From positions 1 through 36,788 of the forward strand of contig JAYVWV010000022.1 of NCBI GenBank assembly GCA_043785755.1: DNA of 36,788 bases. Reading direction: 5' to 3'. A model generated the notes under the pieces. It searched no databases, was not told where the DNA came from, and was given only the letters and a program-made list of their open reading frames with translations. How positions within the stretch are numbered: the first letter of the stretch is position 1; each line of letters opens with the position of its first letter. Both the position numbers and the translations under genes were made by a program. This stretch comes from Candidatus Moraniibacteriota bacterium. Lineage in GTDB: Bacteria; Patescibacteriota; Minisyncoccia; Moranbacterales; UBA1568. Positions 27,935-36,633 of this stretch are shown one piece after another.

Positions 27935-28906
27935 ATGCCAAAGAAAACAATACAAAGGGGCGCAGTAATCTATCAGGCCAAGTCCGGGGCGATTGAGCTA
28001 AAGGGTGATTTTAGTAAAGAAACGCTCTGGGCGACCCAGGCGCAGATAAGTAAAATCTTTGGTGTTGAGAGGTCGGTTGTCACAAAGCATATCAATAATA
28101 TCCTCAAGTCGCAGGAAATTGACCAAAAAAGCAATGTGCAAAAAATGCACATTGCAAATTCGGATAAACCAGCCGCTTTTTACTCGCTAGATCTGATTTT
28201 GGCAGTGGGGTACAGAACAAACTCTTCGCGAGCTATTCTTTTCAGAAGGTGGGCTACGGGAATACTGCGTAAGTATCTGGTAGATGGCTATACCATCAAT
28301 CGGTCGCGCATTGGGCAGAATTATGACGTCTTTATGGAGGCCGTAGCCGATGTCCGGGCACTGTTGCCTGCCAGTATGCAGAGTGATACCGGCAGCACCT
28401 TAGAGTTGGTCCGGGTGTTTTCCGATACCTGGATGTCACTCGATGCCTACGACAAAGAGTCTCTCGACCTGAGGAAGCCAACCAAGAAAAAGGTGGCTTT
28501 GACGGGGGCGAAGTTGGCTGAGAGCGTCAGTGTCTTGAAAGGGGAGTTGATACGAAAAGGCGAGGCGACCGATCTCTTTGCTACCGAACGGAATAGAGAA
28601 GCGCTCGAGGGAATTGTAGGGAATGTCATGCAGGCGATGGGCGGACAGGATTTGTATCCGAGTATCGAGGGGAAAGCTGCTCATCTCCTCTACTTTATTG
28701 TGAAAAATCATCCCTTTGTCGATGGCAACAAGCGGACGGGTGCCTATGCGTTTATTTGGTTTTTACATCAGGCCAGAGTATTAGATCGGGAACGACTTTC
28801 GCCGACAGCACTGACCGCTATCACGCTCCTCATCGCCGAGAGTAACCCCAAGGACAAAGACAAAATGGTCAAACTCGTTATGATGCTCATTGGGAAAAAG
28901 AGATGA
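27935..28906 (+). CDS. RhuM/Fic-Doc family fusion protein
   Basis: RhuM-like TLWATQAQIS..YSLDLILAVGYRTNS..FRRWA; Fic motif HPFVDGNKRTG. Confidence 0.9.
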   Translation: MPKKTIQRGAVIYQAKSGAIELKGDFSKETLWATQAQISKIFGVERSVVTKHINNILKSQEIDQKSNVQKMHIANSDKPAAFYSLDLILAVGYRTNSSRAILFRRWATGILRKYLVDGYTINRSRIGQNYDVFMEAVADVRALLPASMQSDTGSTLELVRVFSDTWMSLDAYDKESLDLRKPTKKKVALTGAKLAESVSVLKGELIRKGEATDLFATERNREALEGIVGNVMQAMGGQDLYPSIEGKAAHLLYFIVKNHPFVDGNKRTGAYAFIWFLHQARVLDRERLSPTALTAITLLIAESNPKDKDKMVKLVMMLIGKKR

Positions 28907-29092
28907 CGGCCTGCCAGAAATGTTTCGCATATGTGATGCGGACGGGACACAAAATATGCCTCAGACTGGTTTTTTCTTTTGCTACGATACAAATCTACTT
29001 ACGGTCGTGAGAAAACTTGTATAGTACATGAGATGGCTTGGGTTGACACCTGGATCTATTCTTGCCAAACTAAGGGAAAGTTAATTTTCGAC

Positions 29093-29689
29093 ATGACTAT
29101 GAAAAAGATACTCTTACTCGATGCAGATGGGGTGACGATCGTGCCACGAGAGAAATATTTTTCTGACCGATACTCGGAAGAATTTGGTGTGTCTAAGGAT
29201 TTGATCATGCCTTTTTTCAAGAACGAATTTAATGATTGTCTTGTTGGGAAGCGAGAAGTGAGCGAGGTTTTTGCGGAACAGAATATGCTCGAAAAGTGGG
29301 GTTGGAAAGAGACGCTTCCAGAATTGTTTCAGTATTGGTGGGCGGGGGAGAAAACCCGCTTCGAAGAGGTGCTGGCCGTGGTCAGGGAACTGCGGGCACA
29401 GGGGGTCAAATGCTATCTGGCGACCGACCAAGAGAAGAACCGGGCCGAATATATCATGCACGGTATGGGGCTGGCTCAGGATTTGGATGGGGCGTTTTTC
29501 TCATACCAGTTGGGGGCGCGGAAGACCGACCCGGAGTATTGGGAGAAGGTTTTGGTGGAGCTTGGCAATCCTCACCCATCGGATGTCGCGTTCTGGGATG
29601 ATGACGAGGAAAATGTCGCGGTGGCCAAAGCTGCCGGCATCGCTGCTCATTTTTTCACGAACTTCGAGGACTTTAAAAAATCAGTATAA
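29093..29689 (+). CDS. HAD-family phosphatase
   Basis: LLLDADG motif I, LATD, RKTDP, FWDDDEENV..A..AG. Confidence 0.88.
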   Translation: MTMKKILLLDADGVTIVPREKYFSDRYSEEFGVSKDLIMPFFKNEFNDCLVGKREVSEVFAEQNMLEKWGWKETLPELFQYWWAGEKTRFEEVLAVVRELRAQGVKCYLATDQEKNRAEYIMHGMGLAQDLDGAFFSYQLGARKTDPEYWEKVLVELGNPHPSDVAFWDDDEENVAVAKAAGIAAHFFTNFEDFKKSV

Positions 29690-29774
29690 GTACTATGAAA
29701 ACCGTCATTTGCCGCGATAGAAAGATGACAGTCCTCTCTGGTATAATTAATTTGAACTAACTTTCAGTACAACT

Positions 29775-30632
29775 ATGATATCCGAAAGACATATGCCGGC
29801 GTCACAAGATCCACCCCTACCGGGCTATAAGATGGAAACTATTTCTGGGCCGAATGGGAACGAGGTGGCCTTTTCCCCAGAAAGGGGAGGCATTATCACA
29901 TCGCTGAAGCTACATGGCGTCGAGGCCTTGTATCTGGATACGAAAACGTTTGTTGACCCAAAAGTAAATGTCAGAGGTGGCGTCCCTATTCTTTTTCCCA
30001 ATGCCGGACCGCTTGAGGGCGAGAGGAGTCCCTATCCTGCTTTGAAGCAGCATGGATTCGCCAGAACATCGGCGTGGACAGCTGAACGCGTGGAAGGGGC
30101 GGGGTGGAGCGAACGTTTAGTTTCAGATGACGAAACCAAGCAAGTATTTCCCTATGATTTGGAACTGCGAATGAAGGGTGAATTACGCGATGATGGATCT
30201 GTCGTACTTGTGCAGGAAGTGACAAACCGGGAGACCGATAGAGAAATGCCAGTTGCCATGGGGCTCCACCCATACTTTTGGGTGTCGAATGACAAGAAGA
30301 AGGATATCAAATTTGCTTTTCCGGGCGGAAAGTATATTGAAGACAATGTTGAAAAATGGGCGAATGGGGAAATGGTGAGTACCGAGAATCCGAAGGTCAA
30401 TGATCCAGATGCGGTCCTGAGAATCGAGATACCCGGACTCGGGACGCTTGTCATGGATGTTTCGGCAGAGTATCAGAAAATTTGGGTTTGGTCATTGCCT
30501 GATAAAGATTTCATTTGTATTGAGCCGGTGATGCGCAATATAGGTGGTCTTATCAGTGATCCGGAAATGGTGAAACCGGGTGAAACCTTGTCGGGCCGAG
30601 TTTCTCTACAGCTGGAACAAGAAGTAATCTGA
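29775..30632 (+). CDS. Aldose 1-epimerase family protein
   Basis: RGGVPILFP, HGFAR, GLHPYF, FICIEP. Confidence 0.9.
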   Translation: MISERHMPASQDPPLPGYKMETISGPNGNEVAFSPERGGIITSLKLHGVEALYLDTKTFVDPKVNVRGGVPILFPNAGPLEGERSPYPALKQHGFARTSAWTAERVEGAGWSERLVSDDETKQVFPYDLELRMKGELRDDGSVVLVQEVTNRETDREMPVAMGLHPYFWVSNDKKKDIKFAFPGGKYIEDNVEKWANGEMVSTENPKVNDPDAVLRIEIPGLGTLVMDVSAEYQKIWVWSLPDKDFICIEPVMRNIGGLISDPEMVKPGETLSGRVSLQLEQEVI

Positions 30633-30638
30633 AAATTT

Positions 30639-31139
30639 ATGACCACCCCCGAGAAGCCGAAAACTGTCATCTGTCACGACAAAGATAACAACAAGTTTGA
30701 GGTACCGGTGGACGAGCTTCATATGCGGCCGTCGATTTATGGGGTGATTATTCGGGATGACAAGATTTTGTTGGCGCGCCAGTGGGATGGCTATGACTTT
30801 CCTGGCGGCGGCATCGATCTGGGCGAGGATCTGCGTGATGCCCTGGTACGAGAAGTGCGCGAGGAGACCGGCATGGAGGCCAAGGTAGGAGAGATAGTTT
30901 CCTGTGAAAATTCTTTCTTCAAGACGGAAGAGGGGAAGTGTCTCCACTCTATCCTCCTCTACTTTACCTGTGAAGTCGTCGGGGGCGAGCTTACTATCGA
31001 TGGCATCGATGAAGCGGAAAAAGCCTATGTCCATGAGCTACCGGAATGGGTACCCTTGGCTCATATTGAGAAGATCAAGTTTTATAACTCGGCGGACAGC
31101 CTAAAAATCATCGCGGCGGCGCGGAAAGCCCTTGGGTAA
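30639..31139 (+). CDS. NUDIX hydrolase
   Basis: Nudix box PGGGIDLGEDLRDALVREVREETG. Confidence 0.92.
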   Translation: MTTPEKPKTVICHDKDNNKFEVPVDELHMRPSIYGVIIRDDKILLARQWDGYDFPGGGIDLGEDLRDALVREVREETGMEAKVGEIVSCENSFFKTEEGKCLHSILLYFTCEVVGGELTIDGIDEAEKAYVHELPEWVPLAHIEKIKFYNSADSLKIIAAARKALG

Positions 31140-31300
31140 GCCTTCGTGCTCCCACCGATCGGTCGGGAGTGATTTTTTTGTCTTGACAGTGGAAGGAAAC
31201 GGTTGAGAAACGGGTGTATAATGAAAGCAACAGGGTAATGCCTTTGGCATGGTGGTCGATACCCATCTTTCTTATCAAAAATCGGTAATACACAAAGTCT

Positions 31301-31516
31301 ATGAATCTGCACAAAGTGGCCTTCGTTCTCTTGATTGTTGGGGGGTTAAATTGGCTCTTGGTGGGTGTCTTGGGCTGGGATATCAGTCGCTTCCTTGGTG
31401 GTATGGATTCGCTGGTTTCGCGCGCCGTCTATGTCTTGGTGGGCTTGTCTGCCATTTATGAGGTAGCAACACACAAGGCGAATTGTCGGGCCTGCACTGC
31501 GACCCAGACGATGTAG
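31301..31516 (+). CDS. DUF378 family small membrane protein
   Basis: LLIVGGLNWLLVG..SRAVYVLVGLSAIY. Confidence 0.88.
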   Translation: MNLHKVAFVLLIVGGLNWLLVGVLGWDISRFLGGMDSLVSRAVYVLVGLSAIYEVATHKANCRACTATQTM

Positions 31517-31533
31517 AAGGGGACGAAACGCCG

Positions 31534-31564
31534 AAGTCAGCTCGGGTGAGCTGGCTTTTGTTTT
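31534..31564 (+). terminator. Intrinsic terminator
   Basis: AAGTCAGCTC-GGGT-GAGCTGGCTT then T-rich. Confidence 0.7.
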
Positions 31565-31617
31565 GTCCTCGAAGATGCGCTATACTGGCTACACTATAAT
31601 CCCTAGCTAAAGTTTTT

Positions 31618-32376
31618 ATGCAGGAATCGACAATGAAAATGATGAAGACCGTCGCTTTTCTCCTCGTGGCGTTTTCGGCTGTGGTGGGGAGTTATCAGTA
31701 CAAGCGCTTTGCTGATAATGGCTACCCGACCAGGACTTTTTCAGTAGATGGTTCGGGGGATATTGATACAGTGCCCGATTTGGCTACTTTTTCAGCCACC
31801 GTGCTATCTGATGGCGGAAAGAACGTGGCTGAGGTGCAGAGTGCCAATGCGGAGAAAATGAATAAAGTGAATGCTTTCTTGAAGGACAAAGGGGTAGCGA
31901 AAGAAGACCTGAAGACGACCCAGTACAGTCTCAATCCTCGCTACAACAATGTTCTCTGTACGGCCAGTAGTTGTCCAGCGCCGGTGATCATCGGGTATAG
32001 TCTGAGCCAGTCACTTTTGGTCAAGGTACGAGACAATGCCAAGTTAGGAGACCTCCTCTCCGGCGTGGTGGGGAATGGGGCCAATATGGTCTCCGAAGTG
32101 ATTTTGGTCATCGATGATGACGGTGCTGCTAAGGATGTCGCTCGTGGTAAAGCTATTGCTGATGCTAAGAAGAAGGCTGTGGCGACTGCCGCGGCGGCCG
32201 GTTTCCGTCTCGGGAAGTTAGTGAATTTCGTGGAAAATACCGATATGCCACAGTATGGCATGGGTGGGGATGTAGCGGAGACGGCGGCCTACAAAGCGGC
32301 CCCAGCCCCCGTCATCGAGCCAGGCACGCAGAATACCAAGGTGCAGGTAACACTGACCTACGAGTTGCAGAGTTAG
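31618..32376 (+). CDS. SIMPL domain (DUF541) protein
   Basis: SVDGSG...PDLA, DLKTTQYSLNPRY, AIADAKKKA, IEPG...VQVTLTYEL; start may be 31633. Confidence 0.9.
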   Translation: MQESTMKMMKTVAFLLVAFSAVVGSYQYKRFADNGYPTRTFSVDGSGDIDTVPDLATFSATVLSDGGKNVAEVQSANAEKMNKVNAFLKDKGVAKEDLKTTQYSLNPRYNNVLCTASSCPAPVIIGYSLSQSLLVKVRDNAKLGDLLSGVVGNGANMVSEVILVIDDDGAAKDVARGKAIADAKKKAVATAAAAGFRLGKLVNFVENTDMPQYGMGGDVAETAAYKAAPAPVIEPGTQNTKVQVTLTYELQS

Positions 32377-32494
32377 GAGGCTGTTGTTTCCGGAAAATCC
32401 GCTCTCCCTGGGCGGATTTTTTGTTGACCCCGCGAGAGAACGCTGCGTCTCTGGCGCGACTTCAGTCGATTGCAGTGTTTTTTCTCTCACGGGG

Positions 32495-32533
32495 TTGACA
32501 CCATTTTGAGTATTTTGTATACTTCATAGTGTA
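32495..32533 (+). promoter_or_regulatory. lexA promoter (TTGACA-17-TATACT) with overlapping palindrome TATACT-N4-AGTGTA
   Basis: Consensus boxes immediately upstream of ATG 32539. Confidence 0.7.
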
Positions 32534-32538
32534 ATTCG

Positions 32539-33207
32539 ATGAAACAAAATTCCATGCAGATTCTTACCCCAAAACAGCGCATCGTTCTTCAGGCGATCAA
32601 GCAGTTTTTTTCGGAAAACGGTACCATGCCGACGGTCCGTGAGATCCAGTCAGTGTCTAACTCTCTGGGCTTAAAGTTGAAAAGTTTGCGCAGTTTTTTC
32701 ATCTACCTCAATGAGTTGGAAGAGAAGGGCTATATTGAGCGTACCTCAGAAGATCGCGGTATCAAGCTGAAGGGGATCACCAAGGACAGCTTCTTGGATG
32801 TCCCCGTCTTTGGAATGGCCAATGCCGGAGCAGCCACGATGTTTGCTGATCAGTATATCGAGGGTTTTCTCAAGGTTTCTAAGCGCATCGTGCGTGATAG
32901 TCGCAATGTTTTCGCTATCCAGGTTTCGGGGACGTCCATGAACAAGGCTCGGGTCAACGGCAAGACTATTCAGAACGGGGATTTCATCTTGGTGGATTCG
33001 ACCTGGAAGCACTATAACAACGGGGACCGGGTGCTGGTCGTCATTAACGGCATGGCCACGGTCAAAACCTATCGCACGGTCGATGGCAAGAACATCGTTC
33101 TTTTGCCGGAATCGACCGAGAAGAAGCACAAACCGATTTTCCTCACTGAAGAGGATGACTTCGTCATCAATGGCAAGGTTATCGATGTGCTCAAGCTGCA
33201 CGCCTGA
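32539..33207 (+). CDS. lexA: LexA-like repressor (wHTH plus S24 peptidase)
   Basis: LTPKQ..VL, PTVREI, LEEKGYIER; A-G cleavage site (NAGA), GTSM serine and ATVK lysine. Confidence 0.88.
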   Translation: MKQNSMQILTPKQRIVLQAIKQFFSENGTMPTVREIQSVSNSLGLKLKSLRSFFIYLNELEEKGYIERTSEDRGIKLKGITKDSFLDVPVFGMANAGAATMFADQYIEGFLKVSKRIVRDSRNVFAIQVSGTSMNKARVNGKTIQNGDFILVDSTWKHYNNGDRVLVVINGMATVKTYRTVDGKNIVLLPESTEKKHKPIFLTEEDDFVINGKVIDVLKLHA

Positions 33208-33245
33208 GCCTAAAACAACGGCTCGCCGCGTGCTATAATAGGGGT

Positions 33246-34628
33246 ATGGTCAAGGGATATACTGTCCGTCGCACATGGCTACGCCGGCTCTTGAAAATAC
33301 ATACTCTGGCCCTCTCTGTTTCTTTAGGGGTCTATTTTACCCTGGCTTTTGTCGATCCTGGGCTTTTGTCGTATGATCTGCGGCAGAAGTTCCATGCCCT
33401 GGCGAGTGACACTATCGCCGTGACGGCGCGGGTCTTGGGTCCGCCGGTCGTGCCAGTAGTGAGTGCGACCGCTGCGTGTAATGGTACTACTGGGGTGCTT
33501 AGTGTCACGCTTGATTGGGCCGATGATCCCAACAGCTATACTTTCGATATTACACGGAACACCTTGCCTTTGGTCAGTGGGCTCGCAAATTCCGCCTATA
33601 GCGACACCACCATCTTGGTCGCTACCGCCTATCAGTATGAAGTGACGGCTCATGGTCCGATGGGCGCGGGCTTTGCCACGTCGCTTCTGGTCACGGTTAC
33701 GACACCGAATGAATGTCTGATCACTTTGGCCGCTCCCGCTGTGACAGTTGTGTCTTTTGCGGGGAGGAATGTGGATTCTTTTAACGGCACTTTTCGTACC
33801 AGAGAACGTCAGCCGACGTTTACCGGGACGACCAGTATGCCGGGCGCCACGATGGTGGTCAGTATCGGCAGTAATTTCCTCTCGACTTTTCCGGCCAATG
33901 GTGCCGGCTATTGGGAGTGGCAACCACCAGAACGCGTGGCCTTTGGAGAGCATAATTTCACTATCACGGCAACCGATCCACATGATGGTGCTCGGCAGGC
34001 AACGGCGACCCTTCATTTCGAGATTACCAACTCTGCTGCATCGGGTGGTAGTGCTTCAAATGCCAAGGTACTGGTCACTCCGAGTACCAGTGAGATGCCC
34101 CAGGTGGCGTTGTTTCAGTTTATCTTTGCTGTCGAAAATAAGGATGCGGCAGTTCTTCAGGGAGAGGCGCTTTCTGTAGTAACGACGCTTCAGGGCTTGC
34201 CAGGGAAATATACTCACATCACCGTGCCGATTCGTTACACGTTACTCGATGAGAATCGAAACATTATCTCTTCTGATACGCACGACACGTATATCACCGA
34301 AGGCGCGGTCATCCACACCTCTCTTGCTATCCCACTCTATCTACAGCCAGGGGAATATACTGCCCAGGCTGAAATCCTTTTCGATGGGCTCGATGTCAGT
34401 CGCCTTGCTTCTTTTTCTGTTAGGGCATTGCCCCTGATTGAGCTTTCGAGTGGAGCGACCATATCGTATGCTGATATCGTCCGCAATCTGGGCTGGGTCA
34501 CTTTCTTGTTTCTGACGTTCTTTTTCCTCTGGATCTTCCTCTTTATCCGGGAATTCCGGCTGTACCTGCAGGGAGACAGGGAAATTACTGAATATGATTT
34601 GGGGCGGGCTGGGTATTTCCGTAAATAG
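33246..34628 (+). CDS. Surface protein with Fn3/Ig-like domains and terminal TM anchors
   Basis: N- and C-terminal hydrophobic helices; YSDTT..YQYEVTA; PTFTGTT..GEHNFTITATD. Confidence 0.78.
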   Translation: MVKGYTVRRTWLRRLLKIHTLALSVSLGVYFTLAFVDPGLLSYDLRQKFHALASDTIAVTARVLGPPVVPVVSATAACNGTTGVLSVTLDWADDPNSYTFDITRNTLPLVSGLANSAYSDTTILVATAYQYEVTAHGPMGAGFATSLLVTVTTPNECLITLAAPAVTVVSFAGRNVDSFNGTFRTRERQPTFTGTTSMPGATMVVSIGSNFLSTFPANGAGYWEWQPPERVAFGEHNFTITATDPHDGARQATATLHFEITNSAASGGSASNAKVLVTPSTSEMPQVALFQFIFAVENKDAAVLQGEALSVVTTLQGLPGKYTHITVPIRYTLLDENRNIISSDTHDTYITEGAVIHTSLAIPLYLQPGEYTAQAEILFDGLDVSRLASFSVRALPLIELSSGATISYADIVRNLGWVTFLFLTFFFLWIFLFIREFRLYLQGDREITEYDLGRAGYFRK

Positions 34629-34643
34629 GAAGGAGGTGGCATT

Positions 34644-34952
34644 ATGAATATAGATATGGTATTTTTCGGGATTGATAGTCTGACTATCATGCTGTTTCTT
34701 TTGATACTGATGTTTTCTGTCGGTATCGTCTGGCGCGTGGAGAAAGAACTTGACTGGTCGTATAAGTTTTTCGTCATAGCGGCCACGAGCATAATGCTTG
34801 CTGATGTCTTTGGTCTGTATGCGATTGGCCAGGGAACGTCCGCTATCCTGTTCGGCAAGGGTCTCCGTTTCATTGGTGCGGCAGCGTTTTTAGTGAGCGT
34901 CCTTCTCATGCGTGATATCGTCCGTAAACTCGATCACGAAAAGAAGTCCTAA
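34644..34952 (+). CDS. Small membrane protein
   Basis: AGGAGG SD; three hydrophobic segments. Confidence 0.75.
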   Translation: MNIDMVFFGIDSLTIMLFLLILMFSVGIVWRVEKELDWSYKFFVIAATSIMLADVFGLYAIGQGTSAILFGKGLRFIGAAAFLVSVLLMRDIVRKLDHEKKS

Positions 34953-34962
34953 TTTTTCCTCT

Positions 34963-35493
34963 ATGGCTACAAATTTCACCACACCGAAACTTGTTTTTCC
35001 TCTCGATCCCTATCGGGTCAACGGCACGCTGTTCGGGAAGCGAGCCGAACACCAAGGGGTGTTTTGGGGCGTCCACCTCGGTGAAGACTGTGTGGCACCG
35101 GCTGGCACGGACGTACGCGCGATCGGGCGTGGTCAGGTGGTCTATGCAGCACTCCACCCCGGGAGCGCGGAAAAAGAGAATTGGGGGCATATCGTCATCA
35201 TCCGTCATCGGCGGCCGCGGACCAAAGAAGTTTTTTATTCTCTCTACGCGCACTTAGGGACGAGCTTCAAGCGGATCGGGGAAAAGGTGGAATGTGGTGA
35301 ACCGCTCGGTTTTATCGGCGAAGCCCTGACGCCGGAGAATGGTTATTGGGAGGCCCACTTGCACTTCGCCATCTATGTCGGCCCTTGGCAGGACGAAGTG
35401 CTGCCGGGGTATTGGAAGGAAGGCGAGGAGCGGACCCGTCCAGAATGGTGGCGCAGTCCCGGTGAGTTCATCTGCAACTACGGGAGAAAGTAG
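34963..35493 (+). CDS. M23 family peptidase
   Basis: HLGED, YSLYAHL, HLHF motifs; ATG at 34963. Confidence 0.9.
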   Translation: MATNFTTPKLVFPLDPYRVNGTLFGKRAEHQGVFWGVHLGEDCVAPAGTDVRAIGRGQVVYAALHPGSAEKENWGHIVIIRHRRPRTKEVFYSLYAHLGTSFKRIGEKVECGEPLGFIGEALTPENGYWEAHLHFAIYVGPWQDEVLPGYWKEGEERTRPEWWRSPGEFICNYGRK

Positions 35494-35501
35494 GCTCAAA
35501 C

Positions 35502-35527
35502 AAAAAAACCGCCTGTAAGGCGGTTTT
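35502..35527. terminator. Bidirectional intrinsic terminator
   Basis: AAAAAAACCGCC-TGTAA-GGCGGTTTT. Confidence 0.8.
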
Positions 35528-35734
35528 CTCTTGTGCGCTCGGCCCGCTTCGACTGATGTCTAATCGAGGCGAGAGGGAATTGGTCACAGATAATTCGTCT
35601 GCCGTCGCAGCCAAATTTCCGCGACCCCGGCTCGTGGTTTCGCGTACTCGCGAAACATCACTCCGCCTTTCGATTCGCTACGCAAGCCAAGCAGTTGGCT
35701 TGCTCCGCGCTCTGGCGTTCACTTTGTTCTCTTG

Positions 35735-35807
35735 TGCGCTCGGAGGGAATTGAACCCCCGACCCTCTGGTTCGAAGCCAGATGCTCTATCCACTGAGCTA
35801 CGAGCGC
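35735..35807 (-). tRNA. tRNA-Arg (TCG)
   Basis: GCGCTCG acceptor, TCTGG-CT-TCG-AA-CCAGA, GTTCAAT T-loop. Confidence 0.95.
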
Positions 35808-35883
35808 GCTCCACTCTCATTGTACAGACATGTGTTTCCGTCGACAAACAGTTTCTGGTGGTATAAAAAAATAGACCCACAGG

Positions 35884-35955
35884 GGTGGCCAGAGGGAATC
35901 GAACCCTCATTCATGGTACCACAAACCATTGTCCTGCCATTGAACGATGGCCACC
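35884..35955 (-). tRNA. tRNA-His (GTG)
   Basis: G-1 GTGGCCA acceptor, ATGGT-TT-GTG-GT-ACCAT, GTTCGAT. Confidence 0.95.
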
Positions 35956-36048
35956 CCTCTAAGTCTATTCTCAAATCAAGTGCCCCGAGAGGGAATTCCA
36001 GCCTGACAGAGTCCTTCTGGCGAGGAACCAACAGCAGGCTAATTCGTG

Positions 36049-36120
36049 TGCCCCGAGAGGGAATCGAACCCCCATCAAGGCCTTAGAAGAGCCCTGCTCT
36101 ATCCGTTGAGCTATCGGGGC
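36049..36120 (-). tRNA. tRNA-Arg (TCT)
   Basis: GCCCCGA acceptor, GGGCT-CT-TCT-AA-GGCCT, GTTCGAT. Confidence 0.93.
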
Positions 36121-36141
36121 GAATCCAATACTTTATTCGCT

Positions 36142-36217
36142 TGGTGGGTGTAGCAGGATTCGAACCTGCGACCGTTGGCTTAAGAGGCCACTGCTCTACC
36201 AACTGAGCTATACACCC
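36142..36217 (-). tRNA. tRNA-Lys (CTT)
   Basis: GGGTGTA acceptor, CT-CTT-AA loop, GTTCGAA, encoded CCA. Confidence 0.95.
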
Positions 36218-36393
36218 CTCCATTGTCCCTCCTCAAAACAAAAAACGTTTCAGGGGAACGTGTGGGGATTGTAACAAAAAGAGAGAAAGGAGTCAATAAA
36301 AAGTTCAAGAGCCCCATGCGATGTTTTTCGCTTGGGGCTCAGGCTCCGTGGTTGTGTGGCTGACTTCTTTGCCGTTGCGAGGCCCGGGTTGGG

Positions 36394-36633
36394 TCAGGCG
36401 TAGGCGACCAGCGCGGCAGAAGCTTGGTGGCCGGCGCCGGGCTTTTTGGAGGCCGGCGTCATCTTGGTGATGACCGCGGAGATGACCAGCACCAGAGGTG
36501 CCAGTTCGTCCGGGGCCATCTTGGTGATGACGTGCGGCTTGCGCGGCGACCGGCTCGTGGCCGCTGCGGGGTGGGAGTGATACCCGATCGGAGGCGCGTG
36601 AGCGCCGGAGAAAGTGGTGCGGTGGACGCGCAT
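36394..36633 (-). CDS. Possible small hypothetical protein
   Basis: AAAGGAG SD before ATG 36633; internal VITKM(A/T)P repeat; GC-rich; no recognisable domain. Confidence 0.3.
   Translation of the reverse strand: MRVHRTTFSGAHAPPIGYHSHPAAATSRSPRKPHVITKMAPDELAPLVLVISAVITKMTPASKKPGAGHQASAALVAYA

Noticed and set aside
28945-28976. Sixth array repeat after the Fic gene
   Set aside because: Only GGGACACA and GGTTTTTT match; the conserved hairpin is absent, so it is too weak to call
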